Below are positions 9,121-15,100 of a stretch of 32,000 bases of DNA, in pieces. This stretch comes from Aeromonas phage phiA014S. The stretch lies in the sequence record PP226939.1; one strand, 5' to 3'. The notes beneath the pieces are model-generated. The model did no database searches, was not told where the DNA came from, and saw only the letters and a list, made by a program, of their open reading frames with translations. A program made the position numbers and the translations under genes. Every line of letters starts with the position of its first letter. Position 1 is the stretch's first letter.

Positions 9121-9264
9121 GACACTAAGGGAGGGGACGCTTTGTATATTTGTTAAAGTCATGTACATAGTGTCTACTCTAAGTCTTACTTAGTGTCCTC
9201 CTCTCTGTCATAGTAATCTCTCTTCATAAGAAGAGGATAATCCCTAACACTAAGGAGGAGCATC

Positions 9265-9417
9265 ATGGCTAACACCAAGGCTATCCTCATTGCTCTCGCT
9301 AAGGCTAAGCCGCTGTATGGCCTCTTGGCTATCGGATTGACTGCGTTAGGTGCGACCCAGAGTGAAGCCATCAGTGGCCTCCTCTTCGAGCTCGTATCTG
9401 GTCTCCCGCTTGAGTGA
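9265..9417 (+). CDS. 50-aa hydrophobic protein in the gene 19.5 position
   Basis: ATG 9265 preceded by TAAGGAGGAG. MANTKAILIALAKAKPLYGLLAIGLTALGATQSEAISGLLFELVSGLPLE. Same place and size as T7 gene 19.5 (49 aa, downstream of phiOR). Not in the ORF track (<60 aa). Confidence 0.5.
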   Translation: MANTKAILIALAKAKPLYGLLAIGLTALGATQSEAISGLLFELVSGLPLE

Positions 9418-9434
9418 TGGGCGTAAGCTCGCAC

Positions 9435-9472
9435 CAATGATTAAGGTTCGTATTCACTCTCCTCAATCATTG
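9435..9472 (+). other. 12-bp stem-loop after the last right-end ORF
   Basis: CAATGATTAAGG (9435-9446) pairs with CCTCAATCATTG (9461-9472) at 11 of 12 positions, with a 14-nt loop. No U-tract follows. Confidence 0.4.
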
Positions 9473-9629
9473 TATCTATGTCAAGACTCTCAGTATAAAG
9501 CCGGTAGGTTTATCTACATGGTCTCTGAGGGTCTGTCATAAGGTCTAACCTTAGGGTAGGGCTGCCATTAGGTATGTAACATTAGGGTTAAACCCAATGG
9601 TATAAACACTACAAAAATCTGAGTGACCA

Positions 9630-9808
9630 TCTCATTGTGTAAAGACAGCGAGTTCCCCCCTATGGTCTCATCATTAGGTACGACCCTAGTCCCCCCTCAT
9701 TGAGTTTGACATGGGGATTGACCTTGTGTTCTGACATCAGGTGAGACGTTAGGGTGACATAGAGTGGGAGGGAATGTCAATACTGTATGTATATCCATAG
9801 GTCTAACC
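9630..9808. repeat. putative direct terminal repeat (single copy, as at a concatemer junction or circularised assembly); boundaries approximate
   Basis: 9630 TCTCATTGTGTAAAGACAGCGAGTTCCCCCCTATGG resembles the recalled T7 left end TCTCACAGTGTACGGACCTAAAGTTCCCCCATAGGG. GGGGATTGACCTTGTG resembles T7 GGGGATGACCCTTGGG. The right boundary is inferred from ATCTGTA at 9809 (T7 TR is followed by ATCTGTT). Confidence 0.35.
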
Positions 9809-9815
9809 ATCTGTA
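9809..9815 (+). promoter_or_regulatory. possible class II (CJ-type) phage RNAP pause/termination signal
   Basis: ATCTGTA is a 6/7 match to the T7 concatemer-junction signal ATCTGTT, in the equivalent position right after the putative terminal repeat. Confidence 0.3.
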
Positions 9816-9912
9816 TGAGAACACTGTAGGTCCATACAGTATGTACATACATCCAGTATAACAGCAGGTATCACCATAGACCCAGCTATCATTAGGTTTG
9901 TTACATTAGGTA

Positions 9913-9941
9913 TTGACAGCAGGTACTACATTAGGTTAATC
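9913..9941 (+). promoter_or_regulatory. weak candidate host sigma70 promoter
   Basis: Perfect -35 TTGACA (9913-9918) in a GGTATTGACA context like T7 A2. The -10 at 17-18 nt spacing is poor (TTAATC/TAATCA). Confidence 0.25.
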
Positions 9942-10018
9942 AAAGACTATCTACCTATTAGGTTTCTCACCTTATCCTCTCTGTTCTGGGAATTCTTCAA
10001 TTAATTTCATTTAGACTG

Positions 10019-10055
10019 TTGACACTCACATTGGGTCTCTGTATAGTTCATCTCA
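10019..10055 (+). promoter_or_regulatory. strong host sigma70 early promoter, T7 A1 homologue
   Basis: TTGACA (10019-10024), 17-nt spacer, TATAGT (10042-10047), with an AT-rich UP-like tract at 9990-10017. The start region CATCGAAGCGACACAGG resembles T7 A1 CATCGAGAGGGACACGG, which predicts +1 at A10055. Confidence 0.85.
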
Positions 10056-10117
10056 TCGAAGCGACACAGGGTCTTAACCCAAGGGTCTGCCTAGATAGGT
10101 CTGAGGACCTCTGCCCT

Positions 10118-10154
10118 TAGTGGCACCGCTCTTAGTAGCACCGCTCTTTAACAA
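10118..10154 (+). promoter_or_regulatory. tandem boxA (NusB/NusE antitermination) elements in the early leader
   Basis: 15-nt tandem repeat TAGTGGCACCGCTCT / TAGTAGCACCGCTCT. Copy 1 reads CGCTCTTA (10127-10134, lambda nut type). Copy 2 reads CGCTCTTTAACAA (10142-10154, rrn-type consensus). CGCTCTTTAACAATCTGG is identical to the T7 early leader as I recall it. Confidence 0.7.
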
Positions 10155-10222
10155 TCTGGAATGAATGAACGCATAGACATGCACATGCAACGGCTGAGTG
10201 CAGCGCAAGCTCCAAGTGATTA

Positions 10223-10269
10223 ACTCAGGGTCATCATCAACGCAGCAACAAGATGGTGGCCCTTATGAT
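10223..10269 (+). promoter_or_regulatory. RNase III-type processing hairpin (R0.3 position)
   Basis: ACTCAGGGTCATCATC-13 nt-GATGGTGGCCCTTATGAT: 11-bp stem with G.U pairs. Compare recalled T7 R0.3 AACTCAAGGGTATCGCAAGGTGCCCTTTATGAT. Confidence 0.6.
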
Positions 10270-10273
10270 AGTC

Positions 10274-10296
10274 ATTTAACTCACACAGAAGGTAAC
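10274..10296 (+). promoter_or_regulatory. phage-promoter-like sequence with a core mismatch (function doubtful)
   Basis: ATTTAACTCACACAGAA|GGTAAC has CTC instead of CCC at -11..-9. A transcript from G10291 would have only a 12-nt leader. The region is also homologous to the T7 gene 0.3 RBS (GAGGTAACACAAGATG). Confidence 0.35.
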
Positions 10297-10302
10297 ACCA
10301 AG

Positions 10303-10773
10303 ATGAAACACAACGTCCTCTCCGCCGATGCACTGACCAAGTTCGTAATGATTGCTTCTGCCAGCCGTGGCACCGAGACCGCAGCATCTAACATGATGCG
10401 CACCGCTCAGGCCCAGCGCGAGGTGATGTCACTGGGTCGCACAATCCGCGCCCTTGAGATGGTCACTGGGTTTTACGCTGAGCAAGGCCAAGAGGGTTCC
10501 TACGAGCAGTCACTGGCCATTGGTCTGGACAACCCGAACACCATGTCAGCCTTGATTCGCCTCTTCTGCGAGAAGTATGACCAAGACTGTGTGCTGGTCT
10601 GGAACCGTGACACCGACAACGTGTGGCTGCATAGCTCAGATGGTATGACCCAGCTCGGTCAACGCGGGATGGTCATGACCCACCACAGCTGGAACACGGC
10701 GCAAGCACTGGGTCACAAGCTTGCGGATGCATTCACCGTGGCCGCTGACGGGTCTGTCTGGGAGGTTCGCTGA
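10303..10773 (+). CDS. gp0.3: first early gene; T3 gp0.3-like S-adenosylmethionine lyase (SAMase), anti-restriction
   Basis: 156 aa from ATG 10303; the track's GTG 10198 would run through the RNase III site. EKYDQDCVLVWNRD, TGFYAE and the C-terminal GSVWEVR resemble recalled T3 SAMase (NEWEQDCVLVYKSQ, TGCYRE, GRRWQVQ; 152 aa). It occupies the same first-gene position. Confidence 0.6.
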   Translation: MKHNVLSADALTKFVMIASASRGTETAASNMMRTAQAQREVMSLGRTIRALEMVTGFYAEQGQEGSYEQSLAIGLDNPNTMSALIRLFCEKYDQDCVLVWNRDTDNVWLHSSDGMTQLGQRGMVMTHHSWNTAQALGHKLADAFTVAADGSVWEVR

Positions 10774-10774
10774 C

Positions 10775-10915
10775 GTGTTCAAGTGGAAGTCACGCACTCA
10801 CAAGGTGATTTACATGCGCTGGTCTTACGGGGCCAGCACCATCGGGCTTGCCAAACAGTATGGCTGGCGACGTGTTAAAGAAGTAATCAAGGCAACATTC
10901 AGGAACGGCCTATGA
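10775..10915 (+). CDS. 46-aa basic early protein, unknown
   Basis: GTG 10775 lies 9 nt after GGAGG (10761-10765); alternative ATG at 10814. VFKWKSRTHKVIYMRWSYGASTIGLAKQYGWRRVKEVIKATFRNGL. A possible helix-turn-helix (STIGLAKQYGWRRVKEV) is speculative. Confidence 0.4.
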   Translation: MFKWKSRTHKVIYMRWSYGASTIGLAKQYGWRRVKEVIKATFRNGL

Positions 10916-11079
10916 CCACCATCAACAAAGCGGCACCGCAGCACCACACAGGGGCCACCGTAGTGACACCAGACGGGTTTGCCATGCAGGCTCGCATCAA
11001 CCGGCTCAAGCGTGAGCTGAAGCACAACAGGGCGCTTATGGCGCGTGTACGTTGGGACTTAACTGAGAGGGCCTTCTGA
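10912..11079 (+). CDS. gp0.6: T7 gp0.6-like early protein (55 aa)
   Basis: ATGA overlap at 10912. GATVVTPDGFAMQARINRLKRELKHNRA matches recalled T7 gp0.6A (GATVCTPDGFAMKQRIERLKRELRINRK). Confidence 0.6.
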   Translation: MTTINKAAPQHHTGATVVTPDGFAMQARINRLKRELKHNRALMARVRWDLTERAF

Positions 11080-11348
11080 TGGTCAACCAAATCACAGTCA
11101 GCGACGTCAGCATGAAGCTGTATGACCGCGCCAGTGAGTACACAACAGGGTGTGCCTTCTACTGGGTCAGGGAGCTGTCCTTGGAGACCCGCGTGCAGAC
11201 CTACGGTGCAGGCTTTGCCTGTGAAATCATGCTGGTCGACTACTGGACCAACGAGTGTGTGGTCAGGGCAGCAGGGTTCGGCATCGCCGAGACCATGGAG
11301 AAGTTCATCAACAGCGTAATCGACGCTAACAAGGGGAAACAACAGTGA
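11079..11348 (+). CDS. 89-aa early protein, unknown
   Basis: ORF-track entry. The start codon overlaps the previous stop (TGATG). No recognised motif. Confidence 0.6.
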   Translation: MVNQITVSDVSMKLYDRASEYTTGCAFYWVRELSLETRVQTYGAGFACEIMLVDYWTNECVVRAAGFGIAETMEKFINSVIDANKGKQQ

Positions 11349-11530
11349 GTGCAATCGGCAAGAAGTACATCATCAAGTACAACCAAGCGGTCATCTACAC
11401 CATCGCGCCGCAGGGTTCCATCATCTGCAAGCGCATCGGGACGTTCAAGTGGATACCGTCAGCGTTGACCCGTGAGCAGTTTGACCAGCGCGTGAAATCG
11501 GGCGAGCTGGTGCCGTATCAAGGAGTCTAA
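11345..11530 (+). CDS. 61-aa early protein, unknown
   Basis: GTG start in a GTGA overlap with the previous stop; AAGGGGA upstream. No recognised motif. Confidence 0.5.
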   Translation: MSAIGKKYIIKYNQAVIYTIAPQGSIICKRIGTFKWIPSALTREQFDQRVKSGELVPYQGV

Positions 11531-11538
11531 CCGGTGGG

Positions 11539-11559
11539 TCTCCTACTGTGTGGGTTATT
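11539..11559 (-). other. inverted, imperfect copy of the phage promoter
   Basis: The minus strand reads AATAACCCACACAGTAGGAGACC, against the consensus AATTAACCCACACAGAAGGAGA. Together with promoter 11570-11592 it forms a long inverted repeat; CTGTGTGGG 11546-11554 pairs perfectly with CCCACACAG 11576-11584. Confidence 0.5.
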
Positions 11560-11569
11560 GGTCGTCATG

Positions 11570-11592
11570 ATTAAGCCCACACAGAAGGGAGA
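11570..11592 (+). promoter_or_regulatory. phage RNAP promoter upstream of the RNAP gene
   Basis: ATTAAGCCCACACAGAA|GGGAGA, predicted +1 at G11587. Confidence 0.75.
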
Positions 11593-11609
11593 ACACTAAG
11601 TTAAACCCC

Positions 11610-11637
11610 TTGACTCTTTAAACACTAAGATTACCAT
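11610..11637 (+). promoter_or_regulatory. weak candidate sigma70 promoter
   Basis: TTGACT (11610-11615), 16-nt spacer, TACCAT (11632-11637). Confidence 0.25.
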
Positions 11638-11671
11638 ACAGACTCTAAGTCAAACATTAAGGACAGACACT

Positions 11672-14398
11672 ATGTCAAACGTAATTGAAGTTCAGGCCCA
11701 TGATTTCTCTGACATCAAGTTCGCCATCAAGCCGTTCAACGTGCTGGCTGACCACTACGGCGAATCCTTGGCTGCTGAGCAGCTGGCCCTTGAACATGAG
11801 TCTTATGAACTTGGTGAGAAGCGCTTCATGAAGGCCCTTGAGCGTCAGACCGAGCGCGGTGAATTCGCTGACACTAAGGTAGCTGCCCCGCTGCTGAGCA
11901 CTCTGGTAGGACCTCTGGCTGCCCACATCGGTGAGTGGTTGGATGCTCCCTCTGGTCGCGGTCGTCCTCATGTTGCCAAGGCGTACATCCAGCAGCTGAC
12001 CCAGCGTGAGAACGGTGTGCAGTCCGCAGCGTACATCGCTATCAAGACCATCTTGTTCCTGCTGGCCAAGGATGCAACCCGCACCATCCAGCACGTAGCG
12101 TTTGCCATCGGTGGTCACATGCAAGACGAAGTGCGCTATGGCCGCATCCGTGAGGAGGAGTCCAAGCACTACAAGAACAAGGTGGCCCCTGAGCTGAACA
12201 AGCGCCAAGGCATCATCTTCAAGCGTGCCTACATGCAAGCCGTTGAGTCTGGCATGATGGACAAGGGCGAGCTGACCAGCACCCACGCTGACTGGCCGAA
12301 AGACCACGTGTTCCACGTTGGGGTTCGCATGTTGGAGATGGTCATTGAGGCCACCGGTCTGGTAGAGCTGGAGCTGGTACAAGAGACCGCCAACCGCAAA
12401 GAGGACCACACCGCCGTTAAGCTGGCCCCTGTGTTCATCGAAAAGCTGGCCAACCGTGCCCACGCTCTGGCAGGCATCAGCCCGCTGCACCAACCGACCA
12501 TCGTACCGCCTAAGCCGTGGAATGACGTGCGCGGTGGTGGTTACTGGGCCAAGGGTCGTCGCCCGCTGAACCTGATTCGTGTCGGCTCTAAGCGTGCCCT
12601 TGAGCGTTACTGTGATGTTGACCTTGAGCGCACCATGAAGGCTGTGAACACCATCCAGAATACCGCGTGGAAGGTGAATGACAAGGTGCTGGCAGTGGCC
12701 AACATGGTGTCCGGCTGGGAGAACTGCCCAGTGGCTGACATGCCGAGCCGCAACCCCGTGGTCAAGCCCAAGCTGGAGAACGGTATCTGCCGCGCTGATG
12801 GCTCCCTGATTGAAGCCGTTGAGCTGGACTCTGAGGGCAACCCTGTGTCTGCTGACCAGCTGAAGAAGTGGAAGCGCAACGCTGCGTCCATCTACCGCCG
12901 CGAGAAGGCCCGTCAATCCCGTCGCCTGTCCCTTGAGTTCATCCTCGAGCAGGCCAACAAGTTCAGCAAGTACGAGGCCATCTGGTTCCCACACAACATG
13001 GACTGGCGCGGTCGTGTGTACGCTGTCCCGATGTACAACCCGCAGGGTAACGACCTGACCAAGGGCACCCTGACTTTCGCTAAGGCCATGCCGATTGGTG
13101 CTGAAGGCGCTTACTGGCTGGCAGTCCACGGCGCAAACTGCGCTGGTGTCGACAAGGTGTCCCTTGAAGACCGTGTTAAATGGGTCGCTGACAACGAGGC
13201 CATGATTCTGGCAACAGCCCGTGCACCGCTGGATAACACTTGGTGGGCTGAACAGGACTCTCCCTTCTGCTTCTTGGCCTTCTGCTTCGAGTGGCTGGGT
13301 TACGTTGAGTCTGGCCGTAGCGAGACCTACAAGTCTAGCCTGCCGCTGGCCTTTGACGGCACCTGCTCCGGTCTCCAGCACTTCTCTGCGATGCTGCGTG
13401 ACGAGGTAGGCGGTAACGCTGTGAACCTGACCCCGAGCGACAAGCCGCAGGACGTTTACGGTATCGTGGCTACCGCAGTCAACAAGGTGCTGGCTGAGCT
13501 GGCTGTCTCTGGGTCTGACGATGAGATGGTCACCAAGGAGAACAAGACCACCGGCGAGGTGATTGAGGTCCTGCAACTGGGCACCAAGACTCTGGCCAAT
13601 CAGTGGCTGGAATTCGGGGTTAACCGTGGTGTTACCAAGCGGTCCGTCATGACACTGGCCTACGGCTCCAAGAAGTTCGGCTTTGCTGAGCAGGTCCGCG
13701 AGGACACCGTGCAGCCTGCACTGGACAAGGGCGAGGGCAACATGTTCACCGTCCCGAGCCAAGCGTGCTCCTTCATGGCTGAGCTGATTTGGAATGCTGT
13801 GAGCGTGACCGTGGTTGCCGCTGTTCAGGCGATGGACTGGCTCCAGAAGGCTGCCACTCTGGTGAGCACCGAGCTGAAGTGCAAGAAAACCAAAGAGGTC
13901 CTGAAGCCTGCCCTGCCGGTTCACTGGACTACCCCGCTCGGCTTCCCTGTGTGGTCTGAGTACCGTGTGCAGGACCAGAAGCGCATCGACACCACCATTC
14001 TTGGCGGGATGCGTCTGACCGCGACCATCAACGTCAAGGAATCCGTTAAGATTGACGCTAAGAAGCAGGCCAGCGGCATCGCTCCTAACTTCGTCCACTC
14101 CATGGATGCAAGCCACCTGTGCCTGACCGTGCTGAAGTGCAACGAGGTATACAACATGGACAGCTTTGCGATGATTCACGACTCCTTCGGGTGTCACGCT
14201 GGGGTTGCTCACCACATGTTCAAGGGTGTGCGTGAGACCATGGTTGAGACCTACGAGGACCACGACGTAATCGCTGAGTTCTACGAAGAGTTCCGCGACC
14301 AGCTGCACGCTGACCAGCTCGACAAAATGCCTGCGATGCCTCCTAAGGGCAACCTAGACATCCGCCAGATTCTGCTGTCTCAGTACACATTCAGTTAA
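11672..14398 (+). CDS. gp1: single-subunit DNA-directed RNA polymerase (T7 gene 1 type)
   Basis: 908 aa. AFDGTCSGLQHFSAMLRDEVGG, KRSVMTLAYGSKKFG, SGIAPNFVHSMD, MIHDSFG and DKMPAMPPKGNLD match recalled T7 RNAP. The C-terminus is ...QYTFS (T7 ...DFAFA). Confidence 0.97.
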   Translation: MSNVIEVQAHDFSDIKFAIKPFNVLADHYGESLAAEQLALEHESYELGEKRFMKALERQTERGEFADTKVAAPLLSTLVGPLAAHIGEWLDAPSGRGRPHVAKAYIQQLTQRENGVQSAAYIAIKTILFLLAKDATRTIQHVAFAIGGHMQDEVRYGRIREEESKHYKNKVAPELNKRQGIIFKRAYMQAVESGMMDKGELTSTHADWPKDHVFHVGVRMLEMVIEATGLVELELVQETANRKEDHTAVKLAPVFIEKLANRAHALAGISPLHQPTIVPPKPWNDVRGGGYWAKGRRPLNLIRVGSKRALERYCDVDLERTMKAVNTIQNTAWKVNDKVLAVANMVSGWENCPVADMPSRNPVVKPKLENGICRADGSLIEAVELDSEGNPVSADQLKKWKRNAASIYRREKARQSRRLSLEFILEQANKFSKYEAIWFPHNMDWRGRVYAVPMYNPQGNDLTKGTLTFAKAMPIGAEGAYWLAVHGANCAGVDKVSLEDRVKWVADNEAMILATARAPLDNTWWAEQDSPFCFLAFCFEWLGYVESGRSETYKSSLPLAFDGTCSGLQHFSAMLRDEVGGNAVNLTPSDKPQDVYGIVATAVNKVLAELAVSGSDDEMVTKENKTTGEVIEVLQLGTKTLANQWLEFGVNRGVTKRSVMTLAYGSKKFGFAEQVREDTVQPALDKGEGNMFTVPSQACSFMAELIWNAVSVTVVAAVQAMDWLQKAATLVSTELKCKKTKEVLKPALPVHWTTPLGFPVWSEYRVQDQKRIDTTILGGMRLTATINVKESVKIDAKKQASGIAPNFVHSMDASHLCLTVLKCNEVYNMDSFAMIHDSFGCHAGVAHHMFKGVRETMVETYEDHDVIAEFYEEFRDQLHADQLDKMPAMPPKGNLDIRQILLSQYTFS

Positions 14399-14405
14399 CA
14401 ACAAC

Positions 14406-14431
14406 AGGGCTGCCTTCGGGTGGCCCTTTTT
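14406..14431 (+). terminator. intrinsic (rho-independent) terminator, early-operon end
   Basis: AGGGCTGCC-TTCG-GGTGGCCCT: 9-bp stem (two G.U pairs), UUCG loop, followed by a T run (TTTTT spans 14427-14431). Lies 8 nt after the RNAP stop. Confidence 0.8.
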
Positions 14432-14443
14432 CGTCTGGAGGAT

Positions 14444-14472
14444 TTGACAAGCCGGCAGACTCGCTGTATACG
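14444..14472 (+). promoter_or_regulatory. candidate sigma70 promoter downstream of the terminator
   Basis: TTGACA (14444-14449), 17-nt spacer, TATACG (14467-14472). The -10 lacks the final T. Confidence 0.3.
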
Positions 14473-14516
14473 CGCAGGTGCGCTCCCGTCTCCTTTATAG
14501 GCGCTGCCACTCTATG

Positions 14517-14539
14517 ATTAAACCCACACAGAAGGAACA
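14517..14539 (+). promoter_or_regulatory. phage RNAP promoter
   Basis: ATTAAACCCACACAGAA|GGAACA, predicted +1 at G14534. Confidence 0.8.
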
Positions 14540-14575
14540 ACATTCAACTCTCACCACTTAGGAGACAAACACACC

Positions 14576-15100
14576 ATGATTTCTAACACCCTGACCGCCG
14601 CCCAGCACCACGAAGTGTTCACCCATCTGCTGGCCCTCGTTGCCATACTCGGCGCTATCATCATTGTGATGGGCGTAACGCTGGTCAAGATGTGGGTCCG
14701 CAAGGATTCCATCCGCTCGTTCGAAGCAAGGCACGCGCACCTTGAGGACGACTACCTGCAACTTCAGGCCCGCCTGCGGAATGCTGACTCCTCCCTCATG
14801 GCAACGATGCGCACTGCCGAGCGTGAGCGCCAAGAGATGGGCACCACCATCAGCAACCTGCGGGCTCAACTGCGCAAGGCCACCAGCAAGGGTGAGACCA
14901 TCGCTGACCTTACGTTTAATTGCCGTGGATACAGCGGGGCCAAGCGCTTCAGGGTGTCAGCCAATGTCGCCAAGCTTGAAGTGCAGGAGCGGGACACCGA
15001 GATTGTCGTCGTGGAACACTTCATGGACGGCAGCAAGTTGCACTCCAAATTCCAGCGCTCTGACATCCAAGGTGGTGTCTTTGTCCGCTACGCTGACTGA
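14576..15100 (+). CDS. 174-aa membrane-anchored coiled-coil protein, unknown function
   Basis: SD TTAGGAGA upstream. One TM helix (FTHLLALVAILGAIIIVMGVTLV), with an uncharged/acidic N-flank and a basic C-flank (KMWVRKDSIR), so I predict N-out/C-in. Then ~60 aa of heptad-like helix and a ~70-aa beta-rich C-terminal domain. I recall no T7 counterpart. Confidence 0.7.
   Translation: MISNTLTAAQHHEVFTHLLALVAILGAIIIVMGVTLVKMWVRKDSIRSFEARHAHLEDDYLQLQARLRNADSSLMATMRTAERERQEMGTTISNLRAQLRKATSKGETIADLTFNCRGYSGAKRFRVSANVAKLEVQERDTEIVVVEHFMDGSKLHSKFQRSDIQGGVFVRYAD

Larger units (their letters stand above)
9548..9963. repeat. dispersed short-repeat array (CATTAGGT / TTAGGG units)
   Basis: Perfect CATTAGGT at 9566, 9672, 9890, 9904 and 9929. 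Variants: TATTAGGT 9956, CATTAGGG 9580, GTTAGGGT 9748, CCTTAGGG 9549. This parallels the ACCTAAAG repeat arrays around the T7 terminal repeat. Confidence 0.6.

Noticed and set aside
9470-9499. TTGTAT-18-TATAAA as a possible sigma70 promoter near the right end.
   Set aside because: Poor -35 and an 18-nt spacer, in AT-rich non-coding DNA where such matches arise by chance. It would have no gene to serve before the terminal repeat.
9186-9541. Track ORFs 9186-9437 (minus strand, 83 aa) and 9350-9541 (plus strand, 63 aa) in the right-end region.
   Set aside because: They have no SD and overlap the better-supported 9265-9417 ORF (strong TAAGGAGGAG). They extend into repeat-rich non-coding DNA, and their composition is atypical of the phage's genes.
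9548-9963. The CATTAGGT repeat region considered as a CRISPR-like or tandem array.
   Set aside because: The units are only 8 bp, irregularly spaced (14 to >200 bp) and have no constant spacer length. The location and form match the short-repeat arrays flanking T7-type terminal repeats.
10198-10302. The GTG 10198 start given by the track for the first early gene (191 aa).
   Set aside because: The extension would run through the R0.3-like RNase III hairpin and the promoter-like element. The region is homologous to the T7 non-coding leader, and ATG 10303 aligns with the T7 gene 0.3 start context (GGTAACAC.AAGATG).
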